Below are positions 59,101-63,173 of a stretch of DNA of 64,000 nucleotides, piece after piece. The position numbers and the translations under genes are program-made. Source of the stretch: an uncultured virus (IMG/VR IMGVR_UViG_3300035511_000224) (lineage: Duplodnaviria > Heunggongvirae > Uroviricota > Caudoviricetes); IMG/VR virus record IMGVR_UViG_3300035511_000224; one strand, given 5' to 3'. The notes beneath the pieces were generated by a model. The model was given only the letters and a program-made list of their open reading frames with translations. It had not been told where the DNA came from and did no database searches. How positions within the stretch are numbered: the first letter of the stretch is position 1; every line of letters starts with the position of its first letter.

Positions 59101-60013
59101 CTCGGTTTTCTCTACCACCTAACGCCAAAGATTTCAATCCTTTCATTAAGACGTTCTCTTGACCATTTAACTCAGGAGACTCATGCTTTATGATTTTTTC
59201 TGACTGTTCATTCAGCCTTTGTTCAGCAGCGTCCCACGCCTGCTCTGCGGCATTCTCGCCCTCTGCCGGATCATGACGACTCCACAAGGAACTAAGACGG
59301 CCCTCAAATTCACGTTGCAACCGTTTGTTTTTGGAGCGTTGGCCATCCTCGGTGTTGTTTTCCCACCAGGTATGATATTCAGTGTTCTTCCGGCTCTGCT
59401 CCATAGGCGTACTTACTCGATCTCCTTGTTGTGTGTAGTAGACCTTCTCCATCTTTCCGGTCTGTGGATTGAACACTTGCTCACCGGTAGATGCACCAAG
59501 CATGTTTCCCTTTTGAATATTCTCCATGAACTGTTGATTATCCTCCAGGGTCTTTCTCACTTGCTCGTTAGCCTGTCCAATTTGCATGTCAATTGCCTTG
59601 CGTTGCATCTCCGTCGGTTGCCACGTCGGCTCTTTGGTCTGCTGTGTTGTCTGCTCCGGCTGTTTCACTGCCGGTGCCGTCGGATGATTTTCAACTTTAG
59701 CAGAAGTCGCTGTTCTATCTACTACAGGATTTACAACAGATGTAACCTGCTTAACAGGTGTACTCGCTTGTGTCTGCGCCTGTTGATTTTTTGTTGTACT
59801 ACTCTTTGCAGGTGCCTGCGCTGCCACGGCTCCAATATCCTTAGAGAAGGTGTCGAAGTCTGGCAACGAATAAGCTTTCTGCATATTGTTGTAGAAACGT
59901 CTGCGCTTCTCCTCGTCCTTCATATCTTTAGAGAAAGTATCGAAGTCAGGAAGCGAGAAGTGCTTCAAGCCGTTTTCGTACAACTTGTGTAAGTTATCGT
60001 TTGGATTAACCAT
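38105..60013 (-). CDS. giant polyvalent DarB-like protein (ParB-like, RNase-like, ART-like, PPase-like, N6-adenine MTase, SNF2 helicase, JAB, zincin domains)
   Basis: 7302-aa ORF; YYTP/EGSAGIG/NVPF (MTase), HEVGTGKT/DEAH/QRNGRILRQGN (helicase), HNHPSG (JAB), HEVVGH (zincin), YHGT..GISFT (ART-like), GNYKKGH..DGDHIDVF (PPase-like). Confidence 0.9.
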   Translation of the reverse strand: MVNPNDNLHKLYENGLKHFSLPDFDTFSKDMKDEEKRRRFYNNMQKAYSLPDFDTFSKDIGAVAAQAPAKSSTTKNQQAQTQASTPVKQVTSVVNPVVDRTATSAKVENHPTAPAVKQPEQTTQQTKEPTWQPTEMQRKAIDMQIGQANEQVRKTLEDNQQFMENIQKGNMLGASTGEQVFNPQTGKMEKVYYTQQGDRVSTPMEQSRKNTEYHTWWENNTEDGQRSKNKRLQREFEGRLSSLWSRHDPAEGENAAEQAWDAAEQRLNEQSEKIIKHESPELNGQENVLMKGLKSLALGGRENRAMATGLKYQMDVARLTNFDLDRLMEDSWNNLGEKGQQSLIDDCHQMLRYRYPGEDDLLLYTKAEEMARQQSDKRLYDLAVEKNRPKNELEYLARKISDGNMVNNITKGFEVLAASGKTGDMAAYEAANEEYRQDGHKVLGVVGTVGGFALDPTTWISGGIGSAAAKGAMWAGGRYLVGRGATAALTNAAARQFATTLTGRIVSGVVGGAANFGAMEGIKEAETQFAHGGHIVGQDQSGRYMNEGYSAGAVGKQLLHGSMMGAAIGWLSPVSGNVSDKLVRGTSSTVGKVATRASVFTGSTVLEGTIFSVPEWLNGDQDAMDVWTDNMAMMVGFKAKGMIKSAGSVLGDLKKSLESPTNGTKNRLDFESRLRMRMDAPSDGGMALTKDEKAELERNGYGDLRSLVESAERQGNPSDGSLITKDAPKIVSRLTDMLEDNRVSEAARAKMYYYATGKQLPPSTIMRGEMIEDGDGGFIVESQGANGVITSRSFKDRKAADLELERIKRQAEINQIEKGEQYQQNIVYFENRLQDACRKVAEENGWDMVQVYRTCEEARRNHLKGADKNDQLSEAQQNILRKVVEAIGDYDETTITDEMRGRINDKYGVDIDKAIRKDERRRTEAENSAIQEYINELIPNKAKERTVEDADATDVTDQKLLKDQKLLTDSGEPTEGPINGPDPQPEGDINGEPHEPNGEQKPIGRAVMQFQDRQVEVLSGNVVMTDDGKMVDHAKSDNTIVIRDINTGKVEMVAPKDILSYEPYKAEEATTEATPTPEAAADEQPEATEQPKYGAGRISIQNSDGSQSKGWLTGTTVTEDNYDELGLSPNEIGKYEYYVEGDLSHLHYASEQELDSMVTDFKPDTKQQEETPTQAPTTTEGADPNEYQKGYTAGMQSAEKMTDEELNAELESINNEAEQMTDAGSGYVAALQYEQQRRQQESGAEVANTETNENITENAPNITQNGEFGTENGPNITENGNLRTENAPSSSQSVENEQQPAVPAEEQTPLQSIPRDENGEPIFEQAETPEVAWDGLIEFSEGDKDTAKEIADTMVEEKRKVFEKAQKLKSKGKTPTEILQSKRQNAAELAKAQQELEQWQKIAGVEQARQDAIRREQDAIRSKQEAEEKRLAAERAEQEREAKAAQEEAERKEREALEGIPEWHRDTPENARARGARRFQGQLFVRQEPIADAALGKEVNVKFSQEDIPHGRVAVIEASQLQPSHIQGKRNPMYFIDEAQPKNRSEAVSTLAAQQIAENIRPEEITGSTTAYTGAPTVNTRGEVVQGNNRTDALRYLWENSLPEQQAAYKQYLLDNAEQLGIDAETVNSKQQPVLVNMLDVDDNEAIRLGQMTANDTESGGVERIKPKNVAQKLGDDMRKYANMLLRSADEDASFGQLVDSNGADVLKWMNQVGAISNTQYQSAFNSKGAITPEAKNDLQKVLYQAVFKGATPQLEELFDKLPAKAQRAILSTAFRDMDSPFAGKALPEIQASIVAYNELERDEAFKNAKNLEQASRAIEDYKRQLMFDDRSEQVRPSDNFSNFALHLAGLYKAGDMSQTTIASYFNRMFDYAQGKVAASLFSEADTTLYPLAEAIKKVFNFDYKPAKNGNNNDKNGGPDVALSNTGSTEGEPGSNEPYKGGEQAEGGTEPTERRGRTARDSATGGDESEHERVIPQEVSGEERTEMQSRIVEWLSDENLTKGIGKTRTEIFEEFGNEPEPIAYIPAQYLSYVDPNISDPRIYCGKGYFIDHALRNHAQEGMQIDVEDVDVSKYLNIQTVLDSPDAIKETFVDGKRTVVFIKKIGRYFAELTQVEENGKIILHKSTFNQKKEPYAKIDDIRHKSSSSEGGTSSISHADESASAISLESRGDDVSSEGKVNTLSTEKQAENEKSSTHADNIKQLTEDVDQTPTNVDKDGNIVDANGTTLTLYHGTPNDDVNSLSDLEPGHHRDGEEAPARFNGDGISFTPNRSVAEDYASDGHTEGKVFEANITLKKPYYTVGVANMTPEEAAAFTEKLKEQGYDGIINYASKDMREAVALPNEVIVFDKSSAREVKSPLEETADKIAEAEQQVNNNPTEAQKEAGNYKKGHVKVGPFDVTIENTQGSVRRGTDSNGKQWETPMKNSYGYFRGTEGVDGDHIDVFLANDIKSWDGKKAFVVDQTNSDGTFDEHKVMLGFNDKDAAMEAYLANYDANWADTHPGLRISEVNMDEFKKWVDSSHRKTKPFADYAKVDKITDEHPTGKEPEGYTIEPRKDTRDNSDIFAVKFEDRVSREEFKGQKAIAKEHGGYWSNFGKKGFLFKTREDAQAFADAIMGKSEDEVADQAPLSMADMSEKQQEEEPTVKKVDVEGLFNALYTKGSTKLSDHATPVEEKPQAPKPQPQAEETKPKRRKWISDKDAEEFDTLRNSLRSHLGGIPNIAKEDEVSYGKQQPKEMDAEVLRMGTRMTYLMMKGGLRSFSDYAEAMVDELGEAIRPHLKPLYAATQNMEEVMDLGWDEEMDDRKTVKAFDVYNFDKQGAKDIIGTAQQIVDENASQQQTDKLIETIKEERNEQRRKEADKTSADTEAVVNQAETTASQVESKLENATTEEDAERLDQSINKEIEEVNKQLALLGYYEADEVDKDYNEMFGYMRNAERKATQDAHQLATQLAKDLGLAIDAKDKVKADRRYGFGSKIAHSNIAPAGGEVTITLPLGNGKELSMVLFMEPNSKWITNGRADRPSDDLVFKGGYFRAEDPEGRGENRYLTGNHDITSDVTYDALIADVRRAIRHLLPEEKVKPATPLKPNPGEDLVKMAARVSKENETHNGFKRGDYVMWDRVGNGKWEKQQIVDFDEDGSPILNSFGTNWIKEKADWSRIKKIETQNQTIGDLFGPLFAETKEEEPSKVEPKNKVNNTQKDNDNEKTDVRPSTETTGRGRQQPRSDESLGESAAHENERTDRGGVAERSGEHPVSDTKRSTGVSGLHQSERGVTEPKNTHNNHAERGVDYAPKGEKARIDANIAAIELAKKLLESGATATPQEMTILRKYSGWGGLGAAFNEGNAWSRNPVNQQLRKALTQEEYDAAVMSRNSAYYTPAPVIDAMWDIAKALGFKGGNIVEGSAGIGNILGLMPTDISERSNIHAVEIDKMTGGILSLLYPDAKVDVQGFEKTHIGNGTVDLAITNVPFVTGLHVMDESGDSDLSKKFRDIHDFCIAKNVRKLREGGIGIFITSSGTLDKSQKLRNWIVGEHEGNADVVGAFRMNNQTFGGTAATSDIIVIRKRVNGQRSANAIDVSTVSPARTAAFTDGRKTRDLPLLINRYFIEHPENMGGEMFFGFEQGDNYRPTSMGLFPTRSADQTERIAAWVKSLADKDWKSEQGSRAEIDKTSHINEALGEGVKEGSMVLDSDGNICIARSGRAVPVDVNNNKIKGHTKQECFKDYTAIKDALAEVLKYQTEHDDDKGLQPLLNKLNNAYDSFVKKYGNLNKNNNLAWMRNDVDFSSIVALETYSERGDKNGSKIKEYGKTDIFSRRVVDKETEPAPTNVKDGIIASLYKFGRIDSDYLAEHLGKSKEEIKNEMVERGLGFENPTTGQMEVSYEYLSGNVREKLRQAKEAEKDNPGAYTANIKALEAVVPMNIPAHLIEFTLGSSWIDPKLYERFVKERTDLDVTLTSVGGTWHMGEPFYTNTSKNTEMGVRSEAFGTLIPGHKLIEAAITNKSIVVSKTYKMPDGSTETERDPSATAACMAKIDEIRQDFKDWAREQMQADPDMSMRMEEEYNEQFNNSVPKQIPDDFVPEHFGGAATVVGGKPFKLRPHQAKAVIRATTQPVLLAHEVGTGKTYTLITTAMEMRRLGTARKPMIVVQNATVGQFVASAKALYPNAKVLTLEDADRNAEGRKAFYAKIKFNDWDMIVVPQSVFERIPDSIERQTRFIQDKIEEKMLVLEQMKNADPHGNSIIVKQAEREISRLEDEIAQLASGGVPDKKKEKDAKKAAVTRQNAEVKAREMLDRETDDVEDFDSMGIDAILVDEAHEYKHLGFATAMQRGVKGVDPSYSKKSQGVFLKAQSVLEKTGGKNVVFATGTPISNTAAEIWTFMRYLMPADQMKEYGIYYFDDFVRNFGNIQQMLEFGTNGKPKENNRFAGYVNLPELVRIWSTVADTVLTREAGGVSDKIPSMEGGKAQDIFLPQTRALRSILKYVNAKLDEYDKMSGKEKKANSHIPLVMYGIAKAAAVDARLVQADAEDDPNSKTNEAVRQTLQSLEETKDYKGTVAIFADNYQNKATGFNLYEDIRSKLIAQGVPAEQIVVMKSGMSVKKKLEIFDKVNAGDVRVILGSTFTLGTGVNIQDRLNTLIHVDAPNRPMDYTQRNGRILRQGNLHKDWNKPVKVLRFGVEDSLDVTAYQRLKTKGAIADSIMNGKQLMSNSMDNRSMEEDQDLFGDMTAQLSGSEYAMMKNQIEKEVRKLRAKQKAWEADQTYIHNRKRQIAGQNKEAEQRAAENKVYLEKVEKAEISNITVGKQSFANIDAMEDFFSEQNKKKRELQEQVRTGYNSRSANMDITVSVGGFDFKIHTEITQEMKQGQGALFASAPAKMTYSCEELGIEKMPVKENLIKNAISDIVENVVTGNDFRERIESAERSIERNNEELHSMELREGKPFQFTEELAQAESKLDEYDELMKKEMAEKEAKYADMDKDVQAATGVEYTEEDDGEEETANESEIDYSSRKNANFASKYETQEGHSINYSSEHPEGYDSLSGTDFEGENKEGRGDVVRTGANGVQREENPLQDRRNNRLNPKTNPSNESGEFCKIERVFIENGNFNFTSGEKIESADDVAYIFSALEEAGKEHSFVVLVKDGKPTVVELGMGTFNATMADTPTASLAYSRINPDEVYFVHNHPSGNLKCSSQDVAVLNTIKGMSKVPVHGVIINLKSGKYGTFGTDGERGEGRKRIPEKENALTVHTLDKQIFADDYDPMSQPLVTSPEDVASFLNSHRMGDRAKVSFLIITQAGRIVGNIHTPFSDIKGDVDAKARYITDNVIQFGGQRAILYGDFDMSKEQGVDYQNMKSAMERNGGINLLDVVRVKGNFTRSANDEGILHEPGSNYGGADVPDIRFRSVEDENVLSEFAEGKTVKAYRTMQVIDGKLYSPMATKVGGKNTPEIRLGVPEQAEEHPEIIKSTKMGEDGLEQGIVTIDKGLSKGTVTVAYNPYIHASRTALNDQFTSAHIRPNLVTVEVEIPESELTSGYRALMAKNPVGEIAWHSGSVSGKLADLGNPRRVILSRYDKPVRIVPYREVAQMIAKQLEGTDIEIPYNTVQPQVRQELERLGVKVSEKASGSVPGNPDFGKAEYVKDQEIERINAKQAEMAQTSDEAKKSYAESLAKKLNTPIRIVTDTNELTHSDAKTQEAMRRNKGFYNVKTGEVVVVIPNHQDVEDVAATVFHEVVGHKGLRELVGDENYDAFCDEIYDHLNDELKQEVDKDATRRFMKDPGRGLKSAIREAVDELIARLSQKGFEDFTRAERSIWAKLKTKVLEAINKFLGTMKLPKWVKLGDNELRYMAWRSHERLTGKDSFVDMARDAAKRQELGIDKESIVFNKAQSEHEELQHVNEKFNNELEQQIAGTLPKEHIYQLGKPGAVLKSAGFPDQPIELTAKRLAEKSEQRNHLFNIADIKGLPEALQNPIAVFEYGDKTKSENVIVELERDGKKFVVGVHFKQQHNGIEVASIRGLFNKDTAEWLNWVNQGKAQYLNKEKIQALIDKQRTNLADVEYLDLDNTAKIIESFENPKISGEKLLFRESETGDIWNDRSIGLEERITNAALRLSNNQSDDLTLRNDAMHAIGGNLSNLLKAMALQKRFDQSTVKRVADLARILMQNGYLSGVTSGEMQRLLSAVKNSVGHKDVKDSTQKVMDIMVNNQLRNGEATLKKLLTIKGSKVDASGVEVQGVLDVDGQRTMEVAKRAMSLNEDDINDRIDEAMNRMSDPDQTIADQATLEYSGLNMALDYVQNIKQSRDEELALREQLKTAKEDKEAGRMSKDAYNQFVESTEDAIRKNKIERAEAYFNLVSKFSESLRNSVENAKAFREAEKTRVQNIHHNANSDMEGRPTNEHHKDDWKDKWMNNGFMQFLFAPLSTFDQVLRVFGNKSANGEGYLWNRFMRGWVDSRNKELVGVKDKFAQLDAKAEELFGKGTTWGKIIRMERNMPKAYVSFWDGGEMRDHELTQGNLLYIYMVDKMSDGRMKLRRMGITEDNIQQIENFLDPRMKELGDWLQDEFLINTRNEYNETHKRMFGASMAAIENYFPLKILANARIDKEEDVNQPNRPDGITTKTGSIIKRRVNNLALDITGADALSVILDHITQMEHWNAYAEWNRDLNTLRTYKHFRNQVINMTTAYGGGRTLWKNFNDLCLMAAGEYRPPVAKLDKSMVNIAKGVTAAKVSLRLYTALKQLLSAPAYGPEVSIRSIAKSIANPYGDFKWCLNNLPIFRERWHSRISGDPRLLKSNMDWKMWRSRLMELSARVGMTPNAFVDAVTVSIGAKAMYETRLKQYIREGYPDEIAEERAKQDATILFNQTQQSSEAPFLSTMQVDGSWPSVLFTVFRNSSMSYTRQEFDAIRNLKRNLTSGQRKESVEFMTKQILRDWGTNPDDATDEQKGRAQEAANKRFNKQMKKDVMRVATFGAILQLAWNLGPYLPYLIFGNNDDEKNKMWDDAMTHSLFGSVEGLTGGDVMSSFGNMAVSGEWNTNQLTKDMPLASDINAIINKFVGGKNAEAFNDMFNLLVQSGIGVNPQSITDTAVAIMDACGDDPALANEAAMFVMRIMQVPQSQLDKLYFDEIDLSGEEASKLTPKQLAQRYATYKVKRGTPFAPWSWSDEDRLDKYEQSADKKMKERLDAQGDESVRKAYADFEERHDAISKEVTKARKPMKSDYLSGAQKFAELQQLPDYDLYQRFDALDKNLTRVSEMLFEAQTPGEVSLIAETLKSYRASMVKALSAETAEEQQSSILEISSLMQDFSSKYQQFHQPVSK
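44797..44979 (-). CDS. candidate overprinted small gene (+1 frame) before JAB domain
   Basis: 60 aa MKRKKDIVST...; TAACTTTGCA -7 element 9 nt upstream. Confidence 0.4.
   Translation of the reverse strand: MKRKKDIVSTTARNTRKGMTAYPALTSKEKIKKAEAMLCAPEPMEYNGKKIPCKIDVIID
50200..50409 (-). CDS. candidate overprinted small gene (+1 frame) before MTase domain
   Basis: 69 aa, protein-like acidic helix SELTEEEWLNVVESIL; A-rich upstream region. Confidence 0.5.
   Translation of the reverse strand: MRKLTYDLAPKQPGEGDSNRDLMNRWERAQHMKMSELTEEEWLNVVESILCLTPNEAQEYLDYIRASEA
54076..54288 (-). CDS. candidate overprinted small gene (+1 frame) between ParB-like and RNase-like domains
   Basis: 70 aa helical METTMTRMEVLMWLSVIQEAQKGN...; TAATTTTG 18 nt upstream. 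Confidence 0.5.
   Translation of the reverse strand: METTMTRMEVLMWLSVIQEAQKGNLEAMNHIKVENKLRAEQNRPSVEEELQEIAQQAEMRANMKELYRRK
56155..56269. repeat. six degenerate 21-bp-period repeats inside the giant gene
   Basis: units resembling CRTTTTCCGT at 56155, 56176, 56197, 56218, 56239, 56260. Confidence 0.65.
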
Positions 60014-60031
60014 AGTCTTTTAATATTTTGT

Positions 60032-61162
60032 TTAATATGCTTGCGGTAATTCTCCTACCTCCAATCCTGCAACTTGCTTAATTGCTTTTTGTGCAGATGG
60101 AGATTGTTCTACAAACTCTCCAATAGCAATAAGCATCGATTCAAGCGATGGCTCTTTATTACCGACAATAATTCCGTCCTTTACGATTGGATCACCTTGT
60201 ATTTTAGGAACTCGTTTTTTTACAGGTTTTCCATCTGAATCAGTACCATCTACGTAGTCATACTTGAATTTATCTTCGAGTGAGTAGTAAATTCGTGATA
60301 CCGTCTGTGCGTTCAATTGGTCAGCTGATAAAGTGACGTTGCCATTTCCGCTTCCAAGATTGAATGTCATCGAACCATTCTTGAGCTCCTGTGCAATTTT
60401 CTTGCCTTCAAGTTCAAGACGTTTTCTCTCAATGGATGAAGATGTATTGAATTGCTGAACACTTTGCTTGAACTGACGTTCTGCGAGGTCGGTAGATTCT
60501 TTATGCCATTCACCTTCACGTTCGAACGCTCTGTTTCTGTAGTCAACATCATCTTTGCGGTCTTGGCGTGAAGCTTCGTAATTACGGTCTTGTCGAGCAA
60601 GGCCCTGCTCAGTCTGCCATATCTGCAAACCTCTGTCAGCATCTTCACCTTTAAGCTTTGCATATTGCATAGCATAGTTGTAGAACTTGTCGTTAGCGGC
60701 ATCTCTCTCTGCCTTCTCCTTCTCGAATCGCTCTTTAGCCTTAGCCGACATACCTTCTTTGGCATTATACATATTAGGAGCATACTGTGTCGTGAAGTAC
60801 AGATTGGCAATAGACTGCGCAGCATCAGACACGCCGCTGATTATACCTTCAATCTTTTGCTTGCGTCTCAGCTTCTTCAATTCCTCTTCAGTGAGAGGCT
60901 TGTTGGCTTTCATGCCTTCCTCAAGATACTTGTAAAGTTCTCCATAGTTATTGACCTTCTTAAGCTCTTCCGGAACCTTAGTAGAGATTGCAGATGTTAC
61001 TGATGCTGGTTGTGTGTTTGTCGTAACTGTTGGAGAAGTGTTTCCACCAGTCGATTGAGAGTTTCCTTCGCTGTTATTTGTACCCTGTGGCACAATGGAA
61101 GATTGTTCGCCTTCCACTGCGCCTTGGGTGTTATCACGTATATTAGGGTCTGTCACTGTCAT
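60032..61162 (-). CDS. probable ejection/internal virion protein
   Basis: 376 aa with coiled-coil Q/R/E-rich core, directly upstream of the giant gene. Confidence 0.55.
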   Translation of the reverse strand: MTVTDPNIRDNTQGAVEGEQSSIVPQGTNNSEGNSQSTGGNTSPTVTTNTQPASVTSAISTKVPEELKKVNNYGELYKYLEEGMKANKPLTEEELKKLRRKQKIEGIISGVSDAAQSIANLYFTTQYAPNMYNAKEGMSAKAKERFEKEKAERDAANDKFYNYAMQYAKLKGEDADRGLQIWQTEQGLARQDRNYEASRQDRKDDVDYRNRAFEREGEWHKESTDLAERQFKQSVQQFNTSSSIERKRLELEGKKIAQELKNGSMTFNLGSGNGNVTLSADQLNAQTVSRIYYSLEDKFKYDYVDGTDSDGKPVKKRVPKIQGDPIVKDGIIVGNKEPSLESMLIAIGEFVEQSPSAQKAIKQVAGLEVGELPQAY

Positions 61163-61177
61163 AATTGTTCCTCCATT

Positions 61178-61675
61178 TTAGAATAAACTTGCAATATTTG
61201 AAGCTGACTGTGCCGCACCTTGTACTGCCTGAGTAATTGCAGTAGACTTAGCTTGCTCAAGATTATTCAACTGATTGTTGAGGTCTGCCTTCGTAGATAA
61301 GTATTGCGATTCAATCTGGTCCTTTCTACGGTCACCGTTAACAGCAATCTGAGATGTGGCATCCGCGAGTGCTTGATTGTTCGCTGCTTTCGCTGCGGCA
61401 ACACTTTCTTCTGTACCACCCATTACGGCCTGCGTACCTGCTGCTTGCTGATTACGCTGCTTAATGTTCTCATTCGCCATTGTAAGGATACGTTGTGCGT
61501 CTGCGCGCTGTGTAGCATCCTCGTTGTACCTTCTGTCGTACCAATCCTGATTCTCGGATTGTTGCGTCTGAATGTTCTGCTTGATTTTCTTCATCGCTTT
61601 GGATGCCTGGACTCCGCCGAAGATACTTGCTCCGACGCCCAATGATCCACCGATGGTTGCGCCTAAAACTCCCAT
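61178..61675 (-). CDS. probable ejection (pilot) protein, P22 gp7-like architecture
   Basis: Gly-rich hydrophobic N-terminus MGVLGATIGGSLGVGASIFGG followed by A/Q-rich helix. Confidence 0.6.
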   Translation of the reverse strand: MGVLGATIGGSLGVGASIFGGVQASKAMKKIKQNIQTQQSENQDWYDRRYNEDATQRADAQRILTMANENIKQRNQQAAGTQAVMGGTEESVAAAKAANNQALADATSQIAVNGDRRKDQIESQYLSTKADLNNQLNNLEQAKSTAITQAVQGAAQSASNIASLF

Positions 61676-61687
61676 AGTCGTAAATTT

Positions 61688-62101
61688 TTATCCCATATTA
61701 GTTGATGCACCTTGTGCTAACTCGAAAATACCCATATTGGAGATACCACCAGCATCTCCGCCAGCGTCTCCGCCAGCATCACCATCTTGCGAATCGTCGC
61801 CCAAAGAAGGAATAGGAGAAGACTGGCTAGGAGAAGACGAACTTTCATTAGACTTTGCTTGTGGTTTTGCCTCCTCTTCTTTTCCCTCTTCTTCCTTTTC
61901 CGGCTCTTTCTGAACCACCACTTGCGTACTAGGTTGTTGATGAGATGCTGATTGTCCACCACCGGTCCAACTACCTTGGCTTGCATTTATCTCCATCTGA
62001 GATTTCATGTCACCATCAATTCGTGATGAAACTTTTTGAGCTTCCTTGTCCTTCTCTTTAATAGCTTTCATCACTGTGTTTGCTATAGCTGCTTGAAACA
62101 T
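61688..62101 (-). CDS. low-complexity hypothetical protein
   Basis: start MFQAA at 62101 just after a late promoter; S/E/G-rich with GGDA repeats. Confidence 0.55.
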   Translation of the reverse strand: MFQAAIANTVMKAIKEKDKEAQKVSSRIDGDMKSQMEINASQGSWTGGGQSASHQQPSTQVVVQKEPEKEEEGKEEEAKPQAKSNESSSSPSQSSPIPSLGDDSQDGDAGGDAGGDAGGISNMGIFELAQGASTNMG

Positions 62102-62134
62102 AGTTGTATGAATTAATAAGTTATATTTATGAAG

Positions 62135-62177
62135 CAAAGATATTTATCTACATTTGCGGCACATCTTTAAGTTTTGA
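62135..62177 (-). promoter_or_regulatory. late-type promoter of ejection-protein operon
   Basis: TCAAAACTTAAAGA-N21-TATCTTTG. Confidence 0.7.
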
Positions 62178-62182
62178 TTTAT

Positions 62183-62536
62183 ATGGCATTAGGAAAGAAA
62201 ACAGGAGGCCGAGAGAAAGGAACTCCCAACAAGCCGAACCCACTCAAAGAGCATCTACGCTCGCGTTCAATAAACTACTTCGTAACGCCGGTAATACTAG
62301 TAGAAGATGAGCAGATTGCTGAACGCCTAGGAGTGGAAGTGGGAAGTAAAGTACCACGCGCTGATATTGACGAGATGGCCATGGAGCCAAAGGACCGTGC
62401 TGCATGGCACGAGAAGTTATTGCGTTACCACACACCACAGATGCAGTCTGTGTCTGCTGAGGTGTCATTGTCCGGAGAAGTCACCACGACAATAGGAGAT
62501 CGTCTTGCACAACTTGCAGCCGATAACAATAACTAA
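62183..62536 (+). CDS. terminase small subunit-like protein
   Basis: MALGKKTGGREKGTPNK N-terminus typical of TerS-like proteins; TACATTTG -7 element at 62149-62156. Confidence 0.6.
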   Translation: MALGKKTGGREKGTPNKPNPLKEHLRSRSINYFVTPVILVEDEQIAERLGVEVGSKVPRADIDEMAMEPKDRAAWHEKLLRYHTPQMQSVSAEVSLSGEVTTTIGDRLAQLAADNNN

Positions 62537-62660
62537 CCATCTAATTTGGTCTACTTTTAGAACTACATGCCGAGCAGATTACCCGGCATGTAGTTGTGAA
62601 ATAGAAACGATTTATTCCTTCCCCAATAATGCCAATTATTCCCCCATTTATGGTCATTAA

Positions 62661-63005
62661 TTCAGAAGTTTTGTTTATTTCTTCCGAAGTTATTACTTTT
62701 TCTTCCGAAGTAATTCTTATTTCTTCGGAATTAATCCCCATTTCTTCCGAAAAATTCCGAATAAAAGGACATTTCTTCCCGGATTGATTTTTTTTCGAAA
62801 AACAGGGTGAAAATAGGTGTTTTGAAAAGGTCCAAAAATTGTCGTTTTACAGGCGTTTCTTGCCATTTTCCGCCAAAAATTACTTCGGAAGTTTTTGCCA
62901 TTTCTTCGGAAGTTATACTAATTAATTCCGAAGTTATTCATATTTCTTCCGAAGTTATTGCAATAAATTCTGAAATCTTCGGAAGAAAAGGGCATTTCTT
63001 CCGAA
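62661..63005. repeat. two arrays of TTCnGAA palindromic units at 21-bp period (iteron/origin-like)
   Basis: units at 62661, 62682, 62703, 62724, 62745, 62755 and 62884, 62905, 62926, 62947, 62968, 62978, 62999; AT-rich tract follows. Confidence 0.85.
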
Positions 63006-63173
63006 ACCTTTTTTTTAAAAGAAAAGAAAAAGAAATAAAAAAGAAATATATATATCGTTGAGTTGACTTTACGCGTACGCGCGAGAGAAATTTTCTTTGA
63101 GCTTCGCAGAAAATGGATTGATACGCGAGAATGAAAAGAGCCGCGCCACGCCTGGCACGACTCTCAAAAATTT

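Noticed and set aside
62541..63061. ORFs 62541-62741(-) and 62807-63061(+) with SEE/SEV heptads; also considered as a CRISPR array
   Set aside because: The ORFs are by-products of 21-bp palindromic repeats readable on both strands; units are too short for CRISPR repeats and spacers, and no cas genes are present
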